Origin: Schmidtea nova
Taxonomy: Eukaryota
DNA: 64,000 bases
Assembly (NCBI GenBank): GCA_044892505.1
Contig: CM097883.1
Span: forward strand, 164,920,001 to 164,984,000
Direction: 5' to 3'
Part shown: piece by piece, positions 10,810-23,223 of the stretch
Numbering within the stretch: position 1 is the stretch's first letter
Layout of the letters: every line of letters starts with the position of its first letter
Made by a program: the position numbers and the translations under genes
The notes under the pieces: model-generated
Database searches by the model: none
Told to the model about the DNA's origin: nothing
What the model saw: only the letters and a program-made list of their open reading frames with translations

Positions 10810-11620
10810 TATAAAATAATACTATAAAATTTCTGATGCAGGTAATTATAAATTTTGGTAAATCTTATAAAATAGAAATACCACTATAAAATTTTTAATT
10901 CAGTTATTTCTAGAATTTTGTAAATGTAAAGGTTAGTCGAAAAAATTTAAAAATTAATTTACATATGCAACCTTTCTGTAAATTCCTCACCCAAAAATAT
11001 CCTAAAACAATCAATAAAATAATTTTCGCATTTAGTCACACCCGTATCATTTGTTGGACGCATTGCTTTTTCAAATTTAGACTAAAATATCTCCCTTCTA
11101 CTTTTCGTTCGCTTGTCTTTTACCTTTTCTCCGTTTCCTTTCTAGGGTCGCAATACGCACATAAAAAGTATATTGTGTATGTACCCGTGAACTTCCTTAT
11201 TAATCCACGTTGGTAATGTACATAACAGCCGATCGCAAGCCAGCAGGTGAGCTCCTTTACAAGAACTACTCCTGACTTGTCGCATCGTTCGGGTTCTATT
11301 TGACCGATAGAAGGTCTTATTTCTCTTATTCCCTCACCCAGTCGCAGGTCTCTCCTTTGGTTGATAATATTCTTTCCATAATTTAATGACTATTGGTTAG
11401 ATTTCAGTTTTTAATATTTATCCCACAGAAGTCACATTTTATTAAACATCAAAACTACACTCATCCTTTCAAAACGTTTCATTAATTTCACTAAATGAAT
11501 ACAGTTTTATTTGTTTGCTTTAAAATCCATCGGTGGCTTCTATTACTCTCCCTTACTTTGATTCTGATTTTTGGTTACTTTTCCTAACTTCAGGGCGAGT
11601 TTCTCTTTCAACTGTTTTAT

Positions 11621-11968
11621 TCACTGCGCGTGTGACTTTCGGCGATTCCTGACTTTTGACTTCTCTGTTGTCGTCGTCGTGTTGATTGGTTGCCTTTCTA
11701 CCTCCTGTTCCGGAAACTACTTCTCCAATGTTACCGGACGAATTAAATCGGCGAGTTGCGTTACTATGAATCTCTGAGTGATCATTTTCCTACAGTTGTT
11801 GATCTTTATTCGGCTAGCTTCTAACTCATTCTTCAGATCCTCGATCGTCTGGGAGGCCCTCTGTAGCTTTTCCTTGACGACCTTCATTGCCGCGGGTGTG
11901 GAATAACTACTTTCCATCTCGAGAATTCGCCGTTTTAATTTTCCACTTATTTCTTTCTCAGTAGCCAT
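11621..11968 (-). pseudogene. Family E ORF2 copy (frameshifted near 11720)
   Basis: LEASRIKINNCRKMITQRFIVTQLADLIRPVT; the basic tail KSKVRNRRKSH is in another frame. Confidence 0.7.
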
Positions 11969-12290
11969 GAATTATCTTAATTTTAGTAGGGTTAATCTCT
12001 CACACACCTTTCCTAGCATATTCAATTAATTTATGGGGAAATTTCCCTCCCATCAGGCATCTCGATTCCCTCTTACTAAATCCTTACTCGTGACTACTCT
12101 CCTCAGGTATCCTACTCTATTTAGTCATGACCCAGTTATTTATTTAAAGTTTCCTCTCATTCACATCAACTCACTCTATCATGGGTAATGAATCACTGTC
12201 GTAATATTTTACTCATTTTATTTCACAAAACTAAGACCATTAACGAAAAAAGAGCAATTAATATTTTCACTACATCAAATTACACTGGGA

Positions 12291-12751
12291 TTAACACAGG
12301 TCGATATATTCCATACAATCGTCCTCACTGTTGAGCTCGCATACGCCTGACGGACTGTAGGGAGTCTCGGTTGACATTTCCGTTGGGGACGTGACATCGT
12401 CCCCGTGTAGAAAATGTTGAATCGTCCTGGAATCTCAGTGGGAGATTTGACGAAATATTTGGACAGATCCGAGGGGTAGATTCGATCAACGTCAATTGGC
12501 TAGGCTGAACTGCCATGCCAGGTGATAATATCAGCGCTGTCTCGATGCAGGTTGAATGGCGGAATGATCCTTTTGTCCACGAAAAAAATCTGCTGTTCCT
12601 CGACGATCTGCCTCGCCAGATCGGTCGGAATGTTTTTTAACGGAAAAGCCCATACGAGGAAGTTTTCCCTGACTTCTGGGTCCTGATATTCGGATCTTTT
12701 TTGGTTAGCATCGTCTGTTCCGCCTTGTATATGCAAGCAGATTTTCTCCAT
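12291..12751 (-). pseudogene. Family E ORF1 copy (in-frame TAG at a Trp position, plus a frameshift)
   Basis: RENFLVWAFPLK..FNLHRDSADIITWHGSSA*PIDVD..PTEIPGRFNIFYTGT..EDDCMEYIDLC matches 38661-39160. Confidence 0.7.
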
Positions 12752-14223
12752 GATCTATCTAGATGCTGATTTAAAACACCGAACTAATTTATAGATAGTT
12801 ATCGAGAACACTAACTCTGTGTCAATTTATATATGTCCCGTTACCCGGTATTGAGGGTTGTAACTATTAATCGATGGAGTTCACTCCCTCGGGTTCTCTA
12901 TGTTCCTTTCTAGTCTGTTCTCTGATTGGGGGCATCACAATACTAAGTATTTACTGTAATTTGCATCATCTAATTAATTGGGTTAACTTCACTGAGTTAT
13001 TAGTTTCAGACAGCATCGGGAATTTCGGTAAATTTAATTGGGTTTGGCGTTGGTGTCAAGTGAAGTCAATTTAATTTACATTATTCTAAAATTTCATTTA
13101 ACGTGATTTTAGCTACGAGAGTCAATGAAAATTTTTGTGAAGTGGTACAATCACTTGAAATTACTCCTCAGCGCTACTTCACTCTGAGTGGTAATGGATT
13201 CTCCTGCAATCGTCTAAGATTTTTCCAATCGAATACATTCTGACGCATACTCACTAATAGATTGGCAGATGTTAAATTTCCCCTTCAAATTCTCAAGTGG
13301 GTGGAATTCTAGTTGCATTAGTTTAATTCCCTTATCTCCTCGTAATTTCTCTCGTCTACATACTGATGGTTGGAATTTTACACGCTTTCAACGAGTTGTA
13401 CTTGAAATATCTCAATTGCCCTCTCTATCAATTTCAGCACTGTTAGTTGAATTTTACTGGATATTAGTCGGTCGGTGTTATAATTTCTATCGTGAATATG
13501 GCGAATTTAGGTTGGGAATAGGTGGATAAAATTATTATGTTTAGCTGCTAGCGTCTCTAGAATCAGACGGTACGCATTCCCTGAATTGTTACTATGGAAC
13601 TCATCATTTTGGGTATTTACTAAGCAGAATATCGGGTTACCTTTTAAAACTGGGTTTCACTTTGATACAAAAACTACGATCGTCCGATCTCTGCAGCGAT
13701 CATTTCGCCCCTTTATCATACATATTTGTCACTGGCATTAAACTGTTCATTTATCTGGATATTGAAATTAAACTTTTGGAACTCAATGACACTCGGTTTC
13801 GGCATAACTCACTACTTCCTATTTAGGAAATCATGTCCTAACATAAAAAGGCCTTCTACAGAGATATCTATCTCTGCCCCGTGCCGAAGCTCGAAACTGA
13901 GAGAGACCTCCCTGGAAAGACCACAATCTCTTGATCGCCTGGACTCTCGCATTATCTATAGTTAAAATGTAGAGAACGAAGGCATGTTTATCATAGAAAA
14001 ATGTATTTCATTTACAATGCACAAACACTTATAAATTGTTCTGTGAAAACTTGATTAGTGCGTCGTCCTCCGAGTGTTGTGATGAAATCGATGTGAAATG
14101 CGTGCTGGATGCGAAAAGTTCAATGTTGTGGCTATGAATGACCTATAACTATTGGTATAACTGACCTAATTTTGGTATAAAATGACACTAGACGTTGGTA
14201 CAAAATGACATTAATTTGACTGA

Positions 14224-14270
14224 CCTGAGCGCTTCCTTATATAGTAAAATCGACGCTCAGGCAGCCAATC
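14224..14270 (-). promoter_or_regulatory. Putative Pol II promoter: CCAAT box plus TATA (CTATATAAGG on minus) inside an 8-bp inverted repeat
   Basis: CCTGAGCG-cttccttatatagtaaaatcga-CGCTCAGG-cagCCAATcag; homologues at 31611, 34500 and 40508. Confidence 0.6.
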
Positions 14271-16491
14271 AGAATCGAGTAACCTTTTTATTGGTTAATG
14301 GCTCGATTTTTCTATTAATTTATTTTATTATCCTAGGTTTTATTCATTATTATTTTATTTTTTTTCTTATTAATTTCGTAATTATTCTTTTATTCTTTTT
14401 ATTTCCTAATTTCTGCTCAAATTTCGCATCTTTGTCATTTTTTTCTCGCTTTTTCATTTTTATTTTAGTTTTAATTGTGCTTTTCTCTTGTTAATGCTCA
14501 CTTCTTAATTAATTAATTATTATTTTATATTCCTCATTTACTTTTATCCTTTCCTGATTAATTATTTAATTTTCACTATTATTCGTTCTTGCACTAACCC
14601 AACACATTCAATAACCTTTTCTATATATAATAACACATAAAGAATTCACTTATTCCATAATGCATACACCACACCGGTTCACTCTAGTATTCTTTAGTAC
14701 CACACACCCAGAAATTCACACGAGACATTTATTCAAATACAGCTGTCTGCATTATACATCCAGGAAATTCACACGGACACTCACACCATCTTAGTATCAC
14801 CGAATCACTTATTTCAATCCAACATACAACCACACACAGTCACAACAATACAAAAGAAAAAGAAAATTACAATAATATATACATACACACCCATTTGCAA
14901 CCGCCACAACGATAGTTTTTGTCGAATCCATAAAAGTATATGAACGTACAACTCGGAATTGTTACACCTCATCTCATCAACCTATCTTAAATCATAACAT
15001 CCTATATTAGAATCTAATTCAAAACACATCATTTGCACTCAGATTATTACTTTAGAGTTTACCATTTCGCTAGGGAAATGTGTATACTTATTTTGATTTA
15101 CGGCTACAACATCTCCTGAATCTACGTCGTTCCACTTACAAATACATAACACCCAATAATAAACATTCATTGCACTACTCAACTCTAGCGGAAATCTCTA
15201 ACTTAACAACAAACCATTAGAAACCCCAGACATCTCGAAAAATCCAATTTTTCAGACAACATATACTTATATCCATTAACTTATTTTACTAATGTATCCC
15301 ATACCTATTAGTTAATTTTTTCTTGGAGGATGTCACATGGCATACCCCATAAAATGTTAGACTATTAACAACTTTATTTAACAACAAAAATTACATGAAG
15401 CTCTTATAAAATTTACAATACCGAAAAATTTACATAAAATTAAATAAATTTCTAACAAATTACTAACTAATCGTATAAAAGGTCCAACAGAAGAATAGAA
15501 ATAAATCCAACGAGATACAATGAAGGAAATTTCATAATAAATTCATAGGTAAAATCAAGAGATTTGCTTTGTGAAATATTGTAACAATTTGAGCCCTAAA
15601 AAGGTCGGAGTTATATCATTAAATTACGAAATACCAAAGTTACTCAATTTGAATTTCACTATTATATTTAGTGGAAAATTGATATTGTATGCTAAAGATT
15701 GAAGCGGCGATTGATACTCACCTGGTAGATTAACGACTTCCTAGTTTTCCTTTAAGTTAGCGTCTCAGGAAATCTGAATCACTAAGAGGAGAAAACAATA
15801 ATTGAAAATACCAAAATTTGAATATGACTTACCAGCTTGAAAATCAAAATTGAGGGAAATCTCCTTCTAAAATTAGATCCCTAAAATCGATGATTAGAAT
15901 ATAGAATTCAAAACTCCATAATATAACTAACCAATCAGAATCCGGAATTTTTTGCAGTTCGCCCATATAGATTTTTTGAATTTTTCATTTTCTATAATTG
16001 AACTTTACAATACAATATCGAAGGTAAAATATCAATATTATTCGAAAATTTCGAATAAATTTCTAAATTAAATAAATGCAAATTGGTAGAAACGACGTCG
16101 TTACCCGTTGCTAGGGCCGCAGTAGAATTTTTCAAAAACTAAAATATGAATTTCTAATAAAATCACAAATAATTTTATAAAGCAAGATAGACACTAGGTA
16201 TAGGGGTCTAAAATCTTTAGCATGAATTTTCTTAATAAAAGGAAATATATAGAAGTCGAAAAATCCTAGAATATTTTTTTTGTCAAAAATGATGATAAAA
16301 TTATAAAAATTGCAATAAAAATGACATTAAATTTATAACAAAAGAGAGACATTTGGACTAGTATACAAGCGAGTATTGTAACTAGATTTTATTTAGATCG
16401 AAATTTTCGATAGATAAATAAGGGGAGTTAGCGAAGGAATAGCTCATTTCCCAGACTGTTCTCGTAATGTTTTTCCGAATTGAGGTGCGAC

Positions 16492-16560
16492 CAGTGGCGT
16501 AGGTAGGGGGGCGGGGGGCGAGCTGCCCCGGGCGCCATCTTGGGGGGCGCCGAAGAGGAA
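16492..16560 (+). mobile_element. Isolated hAT-like terminus
   Basis: CAGTGGCGTAG followed by a GC-rich GGCGCC subterminal stretch. No partner end seen. Confidence 0.45.
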
Positions 16561-17261
16561 GATACAGTATATTCATGCTAGACTAACTCTCTCTCAAAGT
16601 TTGCGTAAGATAAAAGAAAAACAGTAGTTTCTTTCCTTGCATCAGGATGTCGTCCACAGTCTAGTTGTATATCTGCTGCTTCAGTCTATTTAGTTGTTCT
16701 GCAGCATCAAACTTGTTAGGTTCTTAGGAAGGGAGAGAGCCATGTCACTCATGTGTTTCATTTCAAACCCACCAGCCACAATCTAGGCACAGATCTCCGG
16801 CTCAGGCAAGGTGGAACTTGGTGACCCCTTCATGCTCCAGCCACCAGTCATTTCACATCGTTGACGTAGAGCCAATGTTTTGAAAGCTGCTCTTGCTATC
16901 TAGAACGTCTGTGCAGCACACCTTGCCCACGGGGTGTGGGAACGTGGGCATGGCCTGCTGAACAGACGGTCTAGATAGATAGTATAGGAGCCTCATCACC
17001 GCTCTGGCTCAGCCACCGACAGCCAGCCAGGATCGATGTGTTCAATTTCACATCCGCCAGGCCGCAATGTCGGTCGGCACAGATCTCTGTAGTCAAGCTC
17101 AGGCAAGTTGGAACTTATCGACAGGCTTGCACTTGGTGACCCGTTCAAGCTTCGCCTTCATCCAGTCATTTCACATCGCTGTGACAACGGGAAAAAATAC
17201 GGTTTCCCGAGATTGATAATTAGTTGCATGTAAAAATAACGTTTTGTTGACATTTTTAGAA

Positions 17262-17777
17262 ATGAACATCGAGCAAAAGATAGAAGAATTCTTTCGGTTA
17301 TCCCTCGAAAACGTGAAGCATAATCGAAAAATAGACAATTGCTTTGCCGAGCTGGAATCAAGGAAGACATCAAATTTGGATGCTCTACAAATAATGATTT
17401 CCCGAATGGAGAAATTCCGAGCTCGTTGTCGAAAAATGGAAACGACATGGTCTGACAAGAATACTGTCGATAAATTGAAAAAGCAAAATCAAATGCTTCT
17501 GCAGCAGGCCGCCGAAGACGCGTTGACGTTGCGCGCGTGCAAAGTGTCTATGCGGGAACAGGAGCTTCTGATCGAGAAGTTAAGAGCAGATAGTGGCATC
17601 ATTGCAGCCGTACTGCCGAAAATACAGCAACCCTCTCAAGAATTGTTTCCTGTCAGAGTCGAGGAGGAAACCCAGAAGCCTTTGGCTTCTGAAAAGCCTA
17701 AACGTCAGAAACCTAGTAAAGGGGTTATAGCGCGAAGAAGACGTCGTCAGGAAGCTCGCCTATTAGGTCAATTATGA
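17262..17777 (+). CDS. Divergent family E ORF2-like coiled-coil protein with Arg-rich tail (copy E4, plus orientation)
   Basis: TTTTTAG-AA-ATG start, METTWS (compare KTTWF), tail KGVIARRRRRQEAR, followed ~360 bp later by the family motif. Confidence 0.55.
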   Translation: MNIEQKIEEFFRLSLENVKHNRKIDNCFAELESRKTSNLDALQIMISRMEKFRARCRKMETTWSDKNTVDKLKKQNQMLLQQAAEDALTLRACKVSMREQELLIEKLRADSGIIAAVLPKIQQPSQELFPVRVEEETQKPLASEKPKRQKPSKGVIARRRRRQEARLLGQL

Positions 17778-18228
17778 AAGGAGTCTACCGAACTTTTTGA
17801 CTTGACACTAATTTGATCTGACTATTATCCACTCTAGTAAATCTGACTAACTGTTGCGAAAAAGTGATTTTGGTCATTAATGTTTTTATTGTGATATATA
17901 TTGGTATTTGGTGTGTATTTCCTTGTAATCATATGAAACTTTTGATTTGAGTTTTAAATTGAATTATTGTTTGACTGGAATGCGTAATGAGAATACTTGG
18001 TGAAAACGAATAACGATCGGTAGGAAAAAACCAATTGAGATAGAATAATAAATTCTAGCTGATGAAACCTTATTTCGCTAATTTCCCATAAATATCGGTA
18101 GTTGAATTATAGAAGAAGGCACAAAAATGGGCAGTAGACCCTCTATCGGTAGCCCTTGGATCCAGGAGATATTCGGTCAATCATAGTTTCGAATTTTCGA
18201 CGCTCACAGATTGTTCAACAAAATCAGC

Positions 18229-19288
18229 ATGGGACGACTTGAGGAGGCAATAAAAGCGTCACAAGAAGATACAATTCCTTCGCTTTCCAACTTCTTAAAT
18301 CGAAATTTCTTACAATGGAATCAGAATTACGCTCACTTGCAGTTTTTCAAAACATTCTCTAGATTCCTTGTCGGTCAAGAACAGCAGGGCACAAATGGAT
18401 ATGAACATATCCAGTGCTATTGGGAAGTAATCTTTATTATTATTAATTTATTAAATAAATAATAATTTGGATTATAGGTATATAAAAACATGTCAGTTTT
18501 TGCCTTTATGGCGAAAAATGGATTACGCTTTGTACAAGAGGTTGCCGGCGTTGACCGAAGACAGGCGATCGAATACGCTATAAAGGCCGATACGAGAGTC
18601 GCCGACGGAATCCAGGTTCGTATAGGAAAACCCAGTAAGTACAATGCAGATAATCAAAAACTTTGTAATTTTAAACGAGCACTGGATGCTAAAAATCTAT
18701 CAGAAGCAATAAACATTATCAAATCATCTGAGTCTTCATTTTCTTCAAAGAGAAAAAGTATTGTCGAGTCGCTAATAAACAATTTTGGAGAGGAAACTTT
18801 GCCTAATTTTTGGCTCTAGCTTCTTAATTAACTTAATTAATGTTTACGATTGGAAATCACATGTATTTATCGGAGAAAGTGGTATCAGTAAGACGAATTT
18901 TGCTTTAGCTCACTTCAAGCACCCTGTGCATTTGAAACATCTTCAGAGTCTAAATAAAATATCGGGGAATGCTGATCAATGCGATGGTTTGGTATTCGAT
19001 GATTTGTATTTTAACAAATCAAGGGTTGACGAATTTTTGTGTTTAATATACTGCGCGTATGAAAACGCGGTAAATATTAAATATAGCGTAACAACAGTTC
19101 CGAAAGGCATTCCTCGTATATTTTGTATCAACGATATCGATATGTTCTACCCAGAAACATGTACTAGTAGTATAATGGAATCGATTCCGCGAAGAATAAA
19201 GATACATAAATTTAAAGGAAATATATTTAAAACTTATATAGGTGAAAAAGTAACAAATGATATATTTGATTTTTTTATATTATTTTAG
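18229..19288 (+). pseudogene. rep: Endogenous CRESS-DNA-virus-type Rep (HUH endonuclease plus SF3 helicase) with one intron and one frameshift
   Basis: Motif II GQEQQGTNGYEHIQCY, motif III QAIEYAIK, Walker A GESGISKT, Walker B GLVFDD, motif C RIFCIN. One extra T in the T run at ~18806-18810 breaks the frame. Confidence 0.85.
18427..18477 (+). other. Putative 51-nt GT-AG intron in rep
   Basis: GTAATC..TTATAG, extremely AT-rich, contains an in-frame stop. Removal fuses ..HIQCYWE to VYKNMSVF.. in frame. Confidence 0.75.
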
Positions 19289-19459
19289 TCAATGAAACAT
19301 CCATATGCGAAGAGTCCGACGAAATGAAAAAAACAAAATGCAAATTTATTAGTCTCCAGTGTAACAAATGCCAAAGTTTAGTTCGTATCTATTTAGGAAT
19401 CTGTAACAGTAGCTTATAAATGTCAAGGAGTTTCTAGTCAAATATATATAAAAATGTTA

Positions 19460-20229
19460 TATTAATAAATTTAATACATAACACAACCAGCATGGCACTA
19501 ATATAATTAACAACAAACGCCAATCCAAATATATATTTTGCACAATATATTTCGAGAACTTAATTCTCTTCATCAGGTGCTACCCAATCTTACATCGAAA
19601 TATAAATCACATAAATCGATTTATTCGAACAAATTAGTATGTTTATAATTAGTGTGTTATAATTAGTGTGTTTGCCTCATTTTTTGCGGTTTAAGTAAAT
19701 TAACTGATGTGGTTGTTGGTGGTGTTTATTTTCTTCTTTTGATTTGTGTTCTATACTCGTTTAATTTTTCAAATGTCATGGGCGTAATGCCACATACTTT
19801 GGACAAGACTGACCGTCTTTTCTGTACTCGAGTTTTAGAACATTTTCAATTGGGGATTATGGATTTCGTTTTCAATCATTCTGTTGTTTATAAATATGAA
19901 AATATTTATAATATATTCTTAAAAAAAATATTTTTTTGTATAAAAATAAAAGAATATTATATTTTTAAGATTGAATTATTTAAATTTAAAAATTTTTAAT
20001 CGATATAAGTTTTTTGACTATAATAGAATTTAAAATATATATTTTATTTTAAAAATTAATACTAATTTGTTCGAATAAATCGATTTATGTGATTTATATT
20101 TCGATGTAAGATTGGGTAGCACCTGATGAAGAGAATTAAGTTCTCGAAATATATTGTGCAAAATATATATTTGGATTGGCGTTTGTTGTTAATTATATTA
20201 GTGCCATGCTGGTTGTGTTATGTATTAAA
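19460..20229. repeat. Long inverted repeat (~180-bp arms at 19460-19640 and 20059-20229, ~420-bp spacer); partial third copy at ~20317-20355
   Basis: The arms are reverse complements, e.g. CATCAGGTGCTACCCAATCTTACATCG / CGATGTAAGATTGGGTAGCACCTGATG. Confidence 0.95.
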
Positions 20230-20399
20230 GAAAGATAATAATCCGTCAGTTGTTCCGGTATTCTGTGAAAGTTTGTCTAGGAAAATATTTGTATTTAATT
20301 TTTATAATTCTAAATGTGCAAAATATATATTTTGATTGGCGTTTGTTGTTAATTAATAAATTTATTTGAAAAATTTATTTATTTTTGAAAAAAATCATA

Positions 20400-20940
20400 C
20401 TTAACATCGGTTAAAATTTTAACACTTTTGAATTCATCAATGTTATTATTAAACACATAAGGATTTTCGCATACAACATATCAACTTCGATTTCTTAACG
20501 CTAATTGATCCTCGGTTGCGTACTTCCATATGGGATGATTTTTAGATATAATGCATGGCACTGATGGAAGGCTTGTCTTTGAATCGTTTTTTCTAGAGAC
20601 ACGTAAAAAGATATTTCCTTCACACATGAGTTTGATTAAATTCACATTTTTAATGCCACAGTAGATCTCTTCTCCAATAATCATCTGCTTGCCGACACAG
20701 TCATCAAAACAAAATTCAGATTGACATTGGGCTCCTGTGAAGAAACCATGTGTCCAGTTATCACGACATATCGCTGTGAATAGAGATTTACCAACATTAC
20801 TGCAGCCTTCTAAAATAATTGTCTTTGTCTTTCCAGTTTGAGATATGAGTATCGTAAATATCCCAATAACGCGACGAAGAAACTCCTTATCTTTTTCTTA
20901 ATATAATGCACTATGGCTAGACAATATTGAATTAATTTGT
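20400..20940 (-). pseudogene. NS1: Endogenous parvovirus/densovirus-like NS1 SF3 helicase fragment
   Basis: Frame reads SQTGKTKTIILEGCSNVGKSLF (Walker A) ..EFCFDDCVGKQMIIGEE (Walker B; compare the parvoviral FPFNDCxxKxxIWWEE) ..LPSVPCIISKN (motif C). Internal stops. Confidence 0.8.
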
Positions 20941-21354
20941 CTATTGTGATCGTCATTAAAATAAAAATTATTATTGCGAATAAAATCTTCCATAAAGTTT
21001 GAGAGTTCATTATAAATCAACAAATCGTTCATCAATAATTGTTTTATGACTCATATTTTTTAATCCACAGTAACCAGTTGATTTACTTCACTATCCCACT
21101 TAACAGTTACTTGATACTGCGCTTATATAAATGATATGAGTAAATCCCATGACATCATTTTGTTCGCGTCGTGCTTTTTAAGAGACTTGGGGGAGGGGGG
21201 ATAGAGGGGACCCCTGTATATTGACCCACCCATTTGTTGCATTACCAACGTTACATTGTGACGGGCAACAAGATGGTTAATTCTAATATTTTATGTGCTG
21301 AGTTGATGATGTGAGCCATAGCAACGTCAAGGTCATATTGACTATCAACAACCC

Positions 21355-21930
21355 ACCAAATGTATTGATGAAATAATTGTCGACATTTCAATATATATTA
21401 TCAGCATTCTCACGAATCATCGTTCCATATGCATAATAATTCATGTCACTGACCTTTTTGTTAATGTTCACATTAGTTGTAGGATTTCTCATATTAATAT
21501 TAAAATGGTATCCATCTTCTCCTTGCCAAAATAAAATAAGATATTGTAATGCATCATATGAACGATGCGTTTCTGATACTTGCTGGACGTCACCATTTCA
21601 TATCGCCATTATATCGCGAGAATTAAATTCTTCACCAAATATGACACTTGCCACTTCCACCTGCATAGCACATACCTGGTGTTTCATTTTTAAAATTTTG
21701 AATACAATTTATCCATTTTTCCAATAATTACACTTGGATGAAGACTGTAATTGTAAATGGGATTGTAATTGAAACCGCATAAATTCAAATCAACATGTAT
21801 CGCTCGTCTTGTCTGTGTACTGAGAATTCGATTTCTTTATGACTTGCTTGCCTCTGTTCAAACGTCTCTAATGATCGAGCAAGAGTAGTGAGAACTCGAT
21901 CTTTTTCTTGCATAGCTTGTCTCATAGCTT
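21355..21930 (-). pseudogene. Second Helitron remnant (N-terminal Rep-helicase region)
   Basis: Minus-strand fragments FKNETPGMC, RENADN, ILKCRQLFHQY. Confidence 0.7.
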
Positions 21931-23223
21931 ATAGTAATAAATGAGAATTTTAAAGAAAATTAGTTGTATTTTCCTAAAGTATCTACAAGTAGTTATATGT
22001 CGGTAAACTCACCTATATTTATTAACTATCATTAACGATTGGTTGTGCGATTTGTGTTATAGACAAAATAAACAATGTTATTTGTTGGATTCAAGTTTGA
22101 TCAAAAAATGCGTAGATTCAGCCAGTAAAATCCTACCTGTAACATTTTAAAATAAGCCATACACACGGACGATGTGCCCTTCATTTCGATCCTTTCAATG
22201 CTTATTAAAACGAAATAATTGATTGTTACCCATCTTGAGTCTAAAAAGAAAAATATTTAATTGTACAATTGAAAAAAATATTCATCATACAGTAAATAAT
22301 ACAAAAACTGTTAATATACATTATTATTTATATTTAACATGTTATTGAATATGACCCAAGTATATTCCGTTTGTGAGAATAATAATGGCAACATTTCTCT
22401 TGTGACGGCTTGATTTATTTGCACGTATCTTTGCGTTGTCCTTATTTTTCTACTTTAGTAGATGAAAAATTTGCTTTTGAGAGCAAATTATTATTTCCGG
22501 AAAAATCACGCGGATTCAACTTTCTTGCATCGTTGCAATGAGCCATCTAGTCGCTGCTGTTGCTTGTGATTCTAATTAATGCTTTAACCTATTTAAACAC
22601 AACATTTTTGATGCTACAAATACAAAAGAAACATACGAATTAAATTTTACGCTCATAATAATAAAATAACCAAAACATTTTCGTCAATTCCTTTCATCTA
22701 TATTCATAGATTGGCAGTCAGTATGTCGCATGGTGTGTGAATATAATGAAAATATAACCGAATTTTCGCAGAAAAATTGAATATTTCCCAATCCTTGCAC
22801 ATGCTTAACTTTTTACCTGCTTCGTTTGAACGTCGTCCGACTGGTCTGACAACCCTTGTCGTTTAATAATCTATGCTAGCATCATTTTACAGGCACATAA
22901 TCCTCTTCACATATACCACAAACTGTCTCCGTAATTGAATAGGTTATATATTAAACACTAGTCATTTTTAAACTATCTATTATGTTTTTTCAGCACAATC
23001 TCCTTTAACTAAGCTAATGATTTATTCAATTATAATTATAAATTGGTAAAAAGATTGACAGTATTTATCACTATTCCAGATAATTTAGTCCGTTGTTCTT
23101 CATTTCAATCACTTTCATCATGAAACATAAATTTTTAACTAAGACTATTTATAAAAAACTATTATTTATTTAGTAAATATTATTTAGTAATTTATAACAA
23201 TGTTTTATAACAAATCATTATTC

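Larger units (their letters stand above)
11046..14604 (-). mobile_element. Family E copy E3 (promoter-side end CCCAACA intact)
   Basis: Colinear with 37470-40640 over ~3 kb. Contains the motif (11141-11316), ORF2, ORF1 and promoter, and ends ..GCACTAACCCAACA. Confidence 0.8.

Noticed and set aside
8337-14604. One 6.3-kb element from TGTTGGG (8337) to CCCAACA (14604)
   Set aside because: The flanks (ATTG versus CATT) do not form a clean 4-bp TSD, and the interior is a mosaic of two subfamilies plus unrelated DNA. Left unresolved.
18055-18090. CTGATGAA as a hammerhead ribozyme core
   Set aside because: No supporting stems or properly placed GAAA, and it is not conserved in other family copies.
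20810-21010. 66-aa hydrophobic ORF as a viral membrane protein
   Set aside because: It overlaps the NS1 frame out of phase in AT-rich DNA, with no independent support.
22200-22950. Decayed coding-like DNA as piggyBac, Harbinger or Helitron
   Set aside because: I tried several frames and found no diagnostic motif. Left unclassified.
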